Source: Oceaniferula sp. (GTDB lineage: Bacteria; Verrucomicrobiota; Verrucomicrobiia; Verrucomicrobiales; Akkermansiaceae). From it: 64,000 bases of DNA. The stretch is from the NCBI GenBank assembly GCA_965657565.1, contig CBFHPA010000005.1, forward strand, positions 7,456 through 71,455, written 5' to 3'. Under the pieces are notes generated by a model, which worked only from the letters and a program-made list of their open reading frames with translations, was not told the origin of the DNA and made no database searches. Every line of letters starts with the position of its first letter. The first letter of the stretch is position 1. The position numbers were made by a program, and so were the translations under genes. Of this stretch, positions 29,560 to 38,620 are shown piece by piece.

Positions 29560-30960
29560 CTAGAATGGTAGCTTGGGTAGTTTTCCCCCTCCGCCTCCGC
29601 TTCCCCCCATGCCGCCCAGCATGTCACCCATGTCGTCCATGCCGCCAAGCTGTTTCATCATCTCCTTCATCTTTCCTTTAGATTTCATCATTTTGCGCAT
29701 TTGAGTAAATTGCTTAATGAAGCGGTTGACTTCGATGATGGTGTTTCCAGACCCTGCGGCAATTCTTTTGCGACGAGTGCCTTTGATGAGCTGTGGTGTT
29801 GATCTCTCCCGCTCAGTCATAGATAAAACAATCGCCTCCATGCGTTTCATGCGATTTTCATCAAACGCGTCTGCAGGGATTTGTTTCTTAATTTTGCTGA
29901 AGCCTGGAAGCATGCCCATCAGGCCGTCAAGCGGGCCTAATTTGCGAAGCATGTTCATCTGGTCGAGAAAGTCATTGAAGTCAAACTTGCCTGACTGAAG
30001 TCGTTTGGCGGCATTGAGCGCCTCTTCTTCGTCAATATTTTCTGCGGCTGTTTCGACCATGCTGACAACGTCACCCATGCCGAGGATTCGGCTGGCCATG
30101 CGATCAGGGTGAAACACGTTAAGTTGGTCGAGCTTTTCTCCCTCACCGATGAATTTGATCGGCTTTCCAGTGACAGCCCGCATTGAAAGGGCGGCACCAC
30201 CACGGGCGTCACCATCAAGCTTTGTGAGTATGATGCCAGTAATGCCGACAGCTTCATCAAAGTGTTTGGCAACTGATACAGCCTGTTGCCCCGTCGCTGA
30301 ATCTGCTACAAGTAGAGTTTCGCCGGGGTCGACGAACTTGTGTAAGTCCTTTAGCTCTGCCACCAGGTTGTCATCGATTTCTTGGCGGCCTGCGGTGTCA
30401 AATATAAGGGTGGTGCCGTTCTGACTCTTTGCCCATTTGAGTGCTTGCTTAGCTACCTTGACGAGGTTTTTTTCACCTGGTTCCGGGGTGAAACATGGAA
30501 CTTCAATTTGCTGCGCTAGGGTTGCGAGCTGATCGATGGCAGCTGGTCTATAGAGGTCGCAGGCAATGAGTAAGGGGCGTCGTCCTTCTTTCTTGAGGCG
30601 AAGTGCCAGCTTGCCTGATGTGGTTGTTTTACCCGCGCCGTTAAGTCCGCATAGTAGAATGTGAGCCGGTGGGTTGAGATTGAGTGGGGCGGCGTCACCA
30701 CCGAGTAGCTCTGTAAGTTCATCATTAAATATTTTTACAATCTGCTCACCAGGCTTGATGGATTTGAGCACATCAACGCCCATGGATTTTTCACGAACTT
30801 TGGCAATGAAATCTTTGGCAACGCTGAACTCTACATCAGCCTCTAGAAGTGCGAGGCGAATTTCCCTTAAAGCATCGTTGATGTTTTTCTCCGAAATTTT
30901 GCCAACGCCTCGAAGGTTCCGGAACGTTTTGTCGAGGCTGTCTGATAATGATGAAAACAT
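29560..30960 (-). CDS. ffh: Signal recognition particle protein Ffh
   Basis: 466 aa. GLNGAGKTTTSGKLA, DTAGR, TKLDGDARGGAALS, and a Met-rich M domain. Confidence 0.95.
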   Translation of the reverse strand: MFSSLSDSLDKTFRNLRGVGKISEKNINDALREIRLALLEADVEFSVAKDFIAKVREKSMGVDVLKSIKPGEQIVKIFNDELTELLGGDAAPLNLNPPAHILLCGLNGAGKTTTSGKLALRLKKEGRRPLLIACDLYRPAAIDQLATLAQQIEVPCFTPEPGEKNLVKVAKQALKWAKSQNGTTLIFDTAGRQEIDDNLVAELKDLHKFVDPGETLLVADSATGQQAVSVAKHFDEAVGITGIILTKLDGDARGGAALSMRAVTGKPIKFIGEGEKLDQLNVFHPDRMASRILGMGDVVSMVETAAENIDEEEALNAAKRLQSGKFDFNDFLDQMNMLRKLGPLDGLMGMLPGFSKIKKQIPADAFDENRMKRMEAIVLSMTERERSTPQLIKGTRRKRIAAGSGNTIIEVNRFIKQFTQMRKMMKSKGKMKEMMKQLGGMDDMGDMLGGMGGSGGGGGKLPKLPF

Positions 30961-30977
30961 GGTTTTTTGATGTTGGG

Positions 30978-32231
30978 TTACTTAAGCTGGTATGCGGCTT
31001 CCCGATTTACAAGAAAAGTCCAAGTCATGGGTTTTTCGTAGTCGGGGTCATTGAGCGAGCGCCACTGGAGGCTTACGTCGCAGCTTCGACTGCGTAAACG
31101 ACGATTTACCTTCCATTGTGCAATTTTGCGAGTCGGATCATACTGTACTGGAACTTTTCCAAAGCCAGCTACCCGCATCACAATAGACTCGGGGTCAATA
31201 TTTTCGACTTCAGAGAGATCAGCTAAAATACTGGGCAGGCGCGTCGAGATGATTGAGCCGGGCTCAGGGATGACTGGGTGACGTGTGGTTTGTATGATGG
31301 CACCAGCGGTGGCAGCCGAGGTTCTAGTAGCCTTGAAGCTAGTGGCATTTCGGAAGATGTAATCGTGTGTTCCAAGAATGATATATCTTGGAATGGTGAA
31401 GCTAGATGTCGATCGGGTGGTTTTGCCGGGGAGGACAGTAAACAAACATTGGTATTCATTTTCAGCGGCTATGGGGAGCATTTCACCGGTGACAAATCCC
31501 CCTGGGTAAGCGTAGGACAATATCTTTCCCCCAAATTGTTGTTGGAGGATCTTGCGTGATTCGCCCATTTCTTGGCGTAGGTATGAGCGAAAAGATGATT
31601 CTCCTTTTGCTCGTTCTGCTTTCACTGTCGCAGGGTAGGGGTGTGAGATTGAGTGACTACCAATGCTGCAGCCGTGTTGCTGCATTTCCTTGATCATTTC
31701 AGTAGTGAGGGCGTTAGAGCCCCCGTTGACGTAATTCGTGTATAGGAAGATGGTGAAGGGGAACCCCATTTCTTTGAGAATTGGGAAAGCCTCGGTATAT
31801 ATAGATTTCCACCCATCATCGATGGTGATCAAGACGGATCGGTCTTTGATTGTGTGCTTTCCGTTTTTCCATGCAATGAATTGCTCCATGCTGATCACTT
31901 CGAGCCCAAGATCTTTGATGGCTTGCATCTGGCGTCGAAACTTGCCCGTTGTAATGAGCATTTCTGTTGCATCTTGGGTCGATGAGAAATCATGATAGCC
32001 AAGCACGGTTACACGAGCATCATTTTTTGCAGCATGGTCTGCAGCTTTAGCCGCATTTGGTGAGGTTTTTTTAGCTATGCTTTTGGGCTGCAGTGGCGCT
32101 TTGGCGATGCTTTGGGCAAGCGGGAAGCTAATAGCGATACCGCCGCCATGATTAGTAGGACCATTACCCTGTGTTAAGGTGGTGGCGATCAACATGCAGC
32201 TTGCAATGCTTGTTAGCTTTTTTCTCATCAT
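30978..32231 (-). CDS. Polysaccharide deacetylase (NodB/CE4 domain) with signal peptide and an extra C-terminal domain
   Basis: 417 aa. VLITIDDGW and GSHSISHP metal-binding motifs. Confidence 0.75.
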   Translation of the reverse strand: MMRKKLTSIASCMLIATTLTQGNGPTNHGGGIAISFPLAQSIAKAPLQPKSIAKKTSPNAAKAADHAAKNDARVTVLGYHDFSSTQDATEMLITTGKFRRQMQAIKDLGLEVISMEQFIAWKNGKHTIKDRSVLITIDDGWKSIYTEAFPILKEMGFPFTIFLYTNYVNGGSNALTTEMIKEMQQHGCSIGSHSISHPYPATVKAERAKGESSFRSYLRQEMGESRKILQQQFGGKILSYAYPGGFVTGEMLPIAAENEYQCLFTVLPGKTTRSTSSFTIPRYIILGTHDYIFRNATSFKATRTSAATAGAIIQTTRHPVIPEPGSIISTRLPSILADLSEVENIDPESIVMRVAGFGKVPVQYDPTRKIAQWKVNRRLRSRSCDVSLQWRSLNDPDYEKPMTWTFLVNREAAYQLK

Positions 32232-32294
32232 TGGATGTTGATAAGATAACTCAATTAAACGGGTTTGAAAGTGGCTGTGCCTGCATCATTTTAT

Positions 32295-33206
32295 TTAATT
32301 GAGCGAACTGGGGTAGACGCCCTGATCAATTAACTTTGAAATGGCATTAACAACATGGGGTTTGTCATTGGGGTAGGTGACACCAAACCATGAGCTGGTA
32401 GTCTCCAGTAGGCGGCAGTCAGCTTTTTTTTGGTTAATCAAATCATCAACGAGCGTTGGTATGTAACATTCAGATTTGAGCTCATTACCAGATTCTTTAA
32501 GAAATTCGATGAAGTGTTCTTCGAGCTGTTCAAAAAACTCGTGATTAAATCCCCAGAAATTCATCGATGCCAGAGCATGTTCATTAATTTCGATGCGGGT
32601 GCCGTCGAGTTGATTTCCGTATATCTTGCTGTCTGCTTCTCTTTTGATTTCGGTGACCTCCTCTACTTCGCTGAGTAAGCCGTTTACTTCTGAGCAGATA
32701 CCGCGGTTTACGTCTCCATGATCAGATAGGGTTTTGTTGATGTGGTAGCCTACCATGCAGTAATGGGATATTGATTGGTCAGAGTCGCAGGATTCTTTGA
32801 AATAATCCATGATTCGAAGATAGGCATCGGCTCCGTAAAAATCATCCGCATTAATGACTGCAAATGGTTCGTTCACAACATGCCTTGCAGCTCTAATGGC
32901 GTGTGTAGTGCCCCAGGGTTTTTCACGGCCATCGGGAACATGGAACCCGTCAGGTAGATCGTCGAGTTTCTGGAATGCATATTCAACTTTGATTTTTCCG
33001 TGGAAGCGAGCTCCGACGCCGTCTTGAAATGCTTGGGCAAAGTCTTCACGAATGATAAAGACGACTTTGGTAAAGCCAGCTCTGATGGCGTCATAGACAG
33101 AGTAATCTAATACTGTTTCACCATTTGGGCCCATTGGGTCCATTTGTTTCAGGCCGCCATATCGGCTGCCCATGCCAGCTGCAAGGATGAGAAGTGTTGT
33201 TTCCAT
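32295..33206 (-). CDS. Sugar-phosphate nucleotidyltransferase family protein
   Basis: 303 aa. N-terminal LILAAGMGSRYGGLKQ signature and INADDFYG. Confidence 0.7.
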   Translation of the reverse strand: METTLLILAAGMGSRYGGLKQMDPMGPNGETVLDYSVYDAIRAGFTKVVFIIREDFAQAFQDGVGARFHGKIKVEYAFQKLDDLPDGFHVPDGREKPWGTTHAIRAARHVVNEPFAVINADDFYGADAYLRIMDYFKESCDSDQSISHYCMVGYHINKTLSDHGDVNRGICSEVNGLLSEVEEVTEIKREADSKIYGNQLDGTRIEINEHALASMNFWGFNHEFFEQLEEHFIEFLKESGNELKSECYIPTLVDDLINQKKADCRLLETTSSWFGVTYPNDKPHVVNAISKLIDQGVYPSSLN

Positions 33207-33457
33207 AGCTATATGTGCACCAGTTGATCACTGAAGCGGGTTTTTTATGGAGATAATAGCAGCCTATTGCAATGGTTTCTTACGAAAAGCGCTAGTTCTT
33301 TAGCAAAGAATGCTATTGCAGGGTTAGGCTGCCTGTCGCTAAGATGCAGCCACGCAGGTAAGGCCGTTAATGGTTGATTGAAAATTGGTTCTCATGATCA
33401 TATAGAATTCGCAGCAACTCTTGTGACACCCTCTCAATAATACCCCGATTCATTTGC

Positions 33458-34477
33458 ATGGATAGCAATAGCAACAATTTAGATCAGAACTCAGAACGCA
33501 GTCACGTACGCCGAGTTTTCAAGGCGATGCTTACGGCCCGCGTCTTGGAAAATAAATTAGGCAGTCTCTACAAGGCAGGCAAAATAGTAGGCGGAGTCTA
33601 TCTGGGTAAAGGGCAAGAAGCAGTCAGCGCCTCAATGGCGTCATGTTTGGAAAAGGGGCGCGATGTGTATGCTCCTCTTATTCGAGATCAGGCTGGGCGC
33701 ACGGCATTTGGCGAAGAGCTTTTAGATTGCACACGAACTTATTTAGGTTCGGTCAATGGGCCGATGCGCGGCCGAGATGGTAATATTCACCGCGGTCGAC
33801 CAGCTGAGGGAATGCTTGCAATGATTTCTCATTTGGGGGCGGCTATTCCTGTGGTAGCGGGAATGCTTTTGGCCAAACGCCTCAAAGGTGAGCTGGAGGG
33901 TGTAGTTGGTGCGACCTGTGTCGGAGATGGCTGCACTTCCACAGGAGCGTTTCATGAGGGCTTGAATACCGCTGCTGTTGAGAAGCTGCCCCTCGTGCTT
34001 ACGGTGGCTAACAATCAATATGCGTATTCTACTTCTAACGATCGGCAATTTGCATGTGATGATTTAGTCGATAAGGCGATTGGTTACGGCGTTCGGGGAC
34101 ACAGTGTGGATGGTACTGACATGCTTGCCTGTATCGAGGTGATGCAGCAGGCCGTGGCACGCGCTCGAGCTGGTGAGGGTCCTCAGCTTGTGGTGGCCTC
34201 ATTGCTGAGACTTACAGGACATGGAGAGCACGATGACGGCTCATATGTGGATGCCGCCTTGAGGAGTTCAGGGTTGGGGCGGGACAGTATCGAGGTTGGT
34301 ATCAAGCAATTGGTAGAGGGTGGTTTCGCCTCTGTTGACGAAGTGGAGCAGTGGCAGGATGATGCAGCAAATCAAGTGCAAGAGGCTGTGGCAATAGCGC
34401 AGAAAGAGAATGAGCCTGATCCATACAAGGATGATTGGATGGCTTATTCAAACGCGGAGATGCAAATGCAAAGATAG
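33458..34477 (+). CDS. 2-oxoacid dehydrogenase E1 component, alpha subunit (TPP-dependent)
   Basis: 339 aa. TPP motif CVGDGCTSTGAFHEGLNTAAVEKLPLVLTVANNQYA. Confidence 0.85.
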   Translation: MDSNSNNLDQNSERSHVRRVFKAMLTARVLENKLGSLYKAGKIVGGVYLGKGQEAVSASMASCLEKGRDVYAPLIRDQAGRTAFGEELLDCTRTYLGSVNGPMRGRDGNIHRGRPAEGMLAMISHLGAAIPVVAGMLLAKRLKGELEGVVGATCVGDGCTSTGAFHEGLNTAAVEKLPLVLTVANNQYAYSTSNDRQFACDDLVDKAIGYGVRGHSVDGTDMLACIEVMQQAVARARAGEGPQLVVASLLRLTGHGEHDDGSYVDAALRSSGLGRDSIEVGIKQLVEGGFASVDEVEQWQDDAANQVQEAVAIAQKENEPDPYKDDWMAYSNAEMQMQR

Positions 34478-34479
34478 TG

Positions 34480-35451
34480 ATGAGTGATGTAACTTATATA
34501 GATGCCATTCATGCCGCTCTTGACGAATCCATGGGTCAAGATGCCAGTGTTTTCCTCTACGGACAGGATATTGGCAAGTTTGGCGGTGCATTTAAGGCTA
34601 CAAAGGGTTTGCAGGAGAAATATCCTGGGAGGGTGTTGGATGCCCCAATCAGTGAGGATGCTATGGCTGGAGTAGCCATTGGCGCTGCTATCGAGGGGGC
34701 AAGGCCTGTCCTCGAAATGCAATTCGCTGATTTTTCATCGGTGGCATTCAATCAGATCGTTAATCAAGCGGCAACACACTACTACAGGACTGGTGTTCCT
34801 GTGCCGTTGACAATGCGCTTGCCCTCAGGTGGCACCCCTGGTTCTGGGCCATTCCACAGTCAGAGCATGGAGTCAATATATGCGCATTACCCCGGTTTAG
34901 TTGTTGTGACTCCGGCAACAGTTGCTGATGCTTATGGCATGTTGTTGGACTCGATCGAGCTCGATGACCCGGTGATCTATTGCGAACATAAGTTCCTTTA
35001 TCGCTGGCTCAAATCCAAGGATTTAGGAGGGGATCGGTTGCCTATCGGTCAGGCACGTATTACCAAGCCTGGTAAGCATGCTACGGTTGTGACCTACAGT
35101 GCGATGGTTCATGAAGCTGTGAGGGCTGCTGAAATGCTCCAAAAAGATGGGGGCTGGGAAATCGAGGTGGTTGACTTGCGCTCGGTAAAGCCGTTGGATA
35201 CCGACACGATCATTGCATCCGTGGCTCGTACTGGTAGATTGCTTGCTCTCGGTGAAGCCTTTCCATGGGGCGGGGTGACAGCGGAGGTGGTCTCACGTGT
35301 TTGTGCAGATGGCTTCCATTTGCTCGATGCGCCGCCGGTGAGGCTGAATGCAAAAGACACCCCAATACCGTATCATCCTAAATTATGGTCGTCTCATCGA
35401 CCTACGCCTGAATCGATAGCTGAAGAGCTTCGTAAGTTGCTTGCCTACTGA
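34480..35451 (+). CDS. 2-oxoacid dehydrogenase E1 component, beta subunit
   Basis: Start placed at the ATG at 34480 (MSDVTYIDAIHAALDE), 3 nt after the alpha subunit's stop. Transketolase-like pyrimidine-binding and C-terminal domains. Confidence 0.85.
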   Translation: MSDVTYIDAIHAALDESMGQDASVFLYGQDIGKFGGAFKATKGLQEKYPGRVLDAPISEDAMAGVAIGAAIEGARPVLEMQFADFSSVAFNQIVNQAATHYYRTGVPVPLTMRLPSGGTPGSGPFHSQSMESIYAHYPGLVVVTPATVADAYGMLLDSIELDDPVIYCEHKFLYRWLKSKDLGGDRLPIGQARITKPGKHATVVTYSAMVHEAVRAAEMLQKDGGWEIEVVDLRSVKPLDTDTIIASVARTGRLLALGEAFPWGGVTAEVVSRVCADGFHLLDAPPVRLNAKDTPIPYHPKLWSSHRPTPESIAEELRKLLAY

Positions 35452-35495
35452 TGGTTTGAGTAAATATTCACTATAAAAACGTAACTGACAAAATC

Positions 35496-36731
35496 ATGCC
35501 TAAAGTTCCTATTATGATGCCACAGCTCGGCGAATCCATCGCCGAAGCGACGATTATCAGGCTTAACATTGCTGTCGGTGATCAAGTGCAAGCCGACCAA
35601 GAGGTGATCGAGGTCGAGACAAACAAAGCCACCATGGAGGTTACTGCTCTCTGTGCTGGTGAAGTTGTTGAAATTCTTGCTGAAGAAGGCGTCAGCTACG
35701 CGGTAGGCAGTTTGCTAGGAATTCTAGAAGTGAGCGAAGATGAGCTCCAACGCACTGGCGAAAAATCGATGGAGGAGATGGATGCCGAGGCATCTCAAGC
35801 TGATGGTGCCAGTGGGTCTGATGAAGAGCAGAACTTACATTTCAAAACGGAAGATGGAGGCTATCGAGAGCCTGTCTTGGTTGAGCCGAGCATCAAGGGG
35901 TTGCCCGTTCCCACGGGTAAGCAGGGGGCTCATTACATCTCACCTCGTATGCGCGCTCGAATGGCGGAGCTGGGACTCAGGGCTGCCGATATATCAGCTG
36001 TAACAGGAAGTGGAGCTGGTGGCCGCGTTACCGTGGAAGATCTGGAGGCGTTCCTCGAGCATATCAAGACATGGCCTTATACGAAGGCTTCGCCAATGCG
36101 ATTAGCTGTAGCTGACGCGATGCGTCGCAGTTGGACCAGGCCCTTAGCCACCGTGGCAAGGCCGCTAGTGATGGATAAGATTCTAGATCATCGTCGCAGT
36201 CAGGCTGTTAAACCGGGGCCGGCACTTTATTTGCTGAGAGCTCTGGCACTAGCATTGGCGGAGAATCCAACCACGGCAGGTTACTTAATCGGTGAAAATG
36301 TGGTTCATCCTCGTGCCTTTGATATCGGTGTAGCTGTGCAAGTTGATGATGGGGTGCTGGTGCCTATTATCCGCAACGCTGACACAAAGTCGCTGAGTGA
36401 GCTTGTTGAAGATTACAACCGCCTTGTAGAGTTGGCTCGTTCGCGAAAGCTTCCAGAAGATGCCACGAAGCACGGTATTGCGACTGTGACAAACTTCGGC
36501 ACCTTTGGTCTTACCTGGGGAACTCCGATTCCCTTGCCCAATGAGACACTGATCTTAGGACTGAGTGCTGGTGTGAAGCGTCCTGTGTGGAGTGATGAGA
36601 CTGGTACGTTCGTCCCTGTAACCGAGGCTGAGATTGATCTGACTTTCGATCATAGGGTCGTCGACGGCGGTGGCGCGGGAATGCTTCTCAATCGTATTTC
36701 AGAACTGTTGCAGCACCCCGAGGCGCTCTAG
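35496..36731 (+). CDS. Dihydrolipoamide acyltransferase E2 component
   Basis: 411 aa. Lipoyl domain (VETNKATMEV), acidic linker, subunit-binding domain (SPRMRARMAELG), and catalytic DHRVVDG. Confidence 0.85.
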   Translation: MPKVPIMMPQLGESIAEATIIRLNIAVGDQVQADQEVIEVETNKATMEVTALCAGEVVEILAEEGVSYAVGSLLGILEVSEDELQRTGEKSMEEMDAEASQADGASGSDEEQNLHFKTEDGGYREPVLVEPSIKGLPVPTGKQGAHYISPRMRARMAELGLRAADISAVTGSGAGGRVTVEDLEAFLEHIKTWPYTKASPMRLAVADAMRRSWTRPLATVARPLVMDKILDHRRSQAVKPGPALYLLRALALALAENPTTAGYLIGENVVHPRAFDIGVAVQVDDGVLVPIIRNADTKSLSELVEDYNRLVELARSRKLPEDATKHGIATVTNFGTFGLTWGTPIPLPNETLILGLSAGVKRPVWSDETGTFVPVTEAEIDLTFDHRVVDGGGAGMLLNRISELLQHPEAL

Positions 36732-36739
36732 CTTGTAAT

Positions 36740-37363
36740 TCAAAGACCTAGTTTTTCTTCTACGAGCTTTGATAGCGTGGTTTTTAACTCATCAATGCTA
36801 GTGTTTGCACTTATGATATGAGCATTATCTTGTGCCTCTAAACTAAGAAATAGATCACGGCAGAAACTGAGTGATTCACGCTTTTCAAATTCATTTGCTT
36901 CACCGTCTCTGACACCGATTCTTTTGAGGGCTGTGTCTACATTGAGGTCGAGAACAATCAAGAGGTCTGGCTTAGGAGCAAAGCTTTCGTTTTCCTCGCG
37001 AATCGAGGCTGGGTCGATGCCGCGGGCACCTTGGTAGGCCATGGTAGAGAAATAATATCTGTCCAGAATGACGATACCTCCTGCGGCGATGGTTGGCTCA
37101 ATGACTTCATTCACGTGCTCGCGTCGATCATTGATGAAGTAAGATAATTCATCCTGGATGCTTAATCTGCCAGTGGTGGCGCTTTCCCTTAATTTTTTCC
37201 CCCATGGTCCATTGGTGGGTTCGAAGCTCTGAACGACATGATGGTTTTTCTTTCTCAGTGTTTCGGACAGTGCAGTGGCTTGGGTTGATTTGCCGGTGCC
37301 ATCAATGCCTTCAATGACAATGAGGAATCCTTGAGGTGCTGATTTGTTTTGATTGTTGGGCAT
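36740..37363 (-). CDS. tmk: Thymidylate kinase
   Basis: 207 aa. IEGIDGTGKSTQ P-loop and DRYYFST. Confidence 0.9.
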   Translation of the reverse strand: MPNNQNKSAPQGFLIVIEGIDGTGKSTQATALSETLRKKNHHVVQSFEPTNGPWGKKLRESATTGRLSIQDELSYFINDRREHVNEVIEPTIAAGGIVILDRYYFSTMAYQGARGIDPASIREENESFAPKPDLLIVLDLNVDTALKRIGVRDGEANEFEKRESLSFCRDLFLSLEAQDNAHIISANTSIDELKTTLSKLVEEKLGL

Positions 37364-37396
37364 GGGGATGAATAAAGGGGTTTATTGCTGAACTGA

Positions 37397-38581
37397 TTAT
37401 GGTGTGAGCTTGGACCAGGCATCCATTCCTCCAATAACATTGTAGACATTGCTGAATCCCTGGTCTGACAGATAGTCCATAACTCGTGCGCTACGACCGC
37501 CAGATTTACAGATAATGAGTAGTTCTTGTTCGGTGCCCATGTTTTTTAAGTCGGGAACAAAATCTGGTATTTCGCCCATTGGGATGTGTCTTGCAGAAGC
37601 TATGTTTGTTGCGCTGTGCTCCCATGATTCACGCACATCGATTAAGAGTCCATCAAATGACTGATCGAGTTTATTTTTGAGTTGCTCGACGTTGATCTCG
37701 TATGGCTGTTGCATTATTTTGTCGTTATTGGATTTGGTGTCATTACAGGAATACTGGTAATCAGCAAGCTCGGTGATGCTCGGGTTGCTACCACAGAGTG
37801 GGCACTCAGGGTCTCGCCTCAGATTGAACTCGCGGAAGGTTGTGCCAAGTGCATCGTAGTGAATGAGTCTTCCCAGTGGTGGGGAGCCACAGTTCAAGAT
37901 GATCTTAATGGCTTCCATTGCTTGGAGGCTTCCCATAATACCCGGTAAAACGCCTAGAACCCCAGCTTCGGCACAGCTGGGAACACTGTTGGCATCAGGA
38001 GGTTCGGGTAGCATACACCGGTAGCATGGCCCACCTAGATGGGGTGCAAAGACGCTGAGTTGGCCTTCAAAACGAAAAATAGAGGCGTAGATGTTCGGCT
38101 TTTTAAGTAGGTAGGCGACATCGTTGCTAAGATAGCGCGTCGGGAAATTGTCGGTACCGTCGATGATGATGTCATATTGAGAGGCTATATCGATGGCGTT
38201 TGCGGCGCTGAACCGTGTGTTGTGCTGATCAACTTTGACATGTGGGTTGATGTCTTGCAGGCGCGCGGCGCCGCTTTCTAGTTTGCTCTGTCCAATACTT
38301 GATTGGCTGTGCAATATTTGGCGTTGAAGATTCGATAGTTCAACGACGTCAGGGTCGACGATGCCGATGCGACCAACGCCAGCAGCTGCCAAGTAGAGGC
38401 AAGATGGGGAGCCAAGACCACCGGCACCGATGCAAAGGACTGAGGATTTTTTGAGTTTTTCTTGGCCTTCGACACCGACTTGATCGAGGGAGAAGTGTCT
38501 AGCATAGCGGGCGTTTTCTTCTTGGCTGAGCATGATGTCGAGAGAAGGCAGAGGGGGAGATGCAGAGGTGAGAGTTGGCAA
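37397..38581 (-). CDS. ThiF/MoeB-family adenylyltransferase fused to a rhodanese domain (MoeZ-like)
   Basis: 394 aa. VLCIGAGGLGSP, LSNLQRQ, CYRC...CAEAGVLG, and C-terminal rhodanese active site CKSGGRS. Confidence 0.8.
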   Translation of the reverse strand: MPTLTSASPPLPSLDIMLSQEENARYARHFSLDQVGVEGQEKLKKSSVLCIGAGGLGSPSCLYLAAAGVGRIGIVDPDVVELSNLQRQILHSQSSIGQSKLESGAARLQDINPHVKVDQHNTRFSAANAIDIASQYDIIIDGTDNFPTRYLSNDVAYLLKKPNIYASIFRFEGQLSVFAPHLGGPCYRCMLPEPPDANSVPSCAEAGVLGVLPGIMGSLQAMEAIKIILNCGSPPLGRLIHYDALGTTFREFNLRRDPECPLCGSNPSITELADYQYSCNDTKSNNDKIMQQPYEINVEQLKNKLDQSFDGLLIDVRESWEHSATNIASARHIPMGEIPDFVPDLKNMGTEQELLIICKSGGRSARVMDYLSDQGFSNVYNVIGGMDAWSKLTP

Positions 38582-38620
38582 ATATGGGAATCAAGCCAGA
38601 CTGAGCGGAGATGAAATACT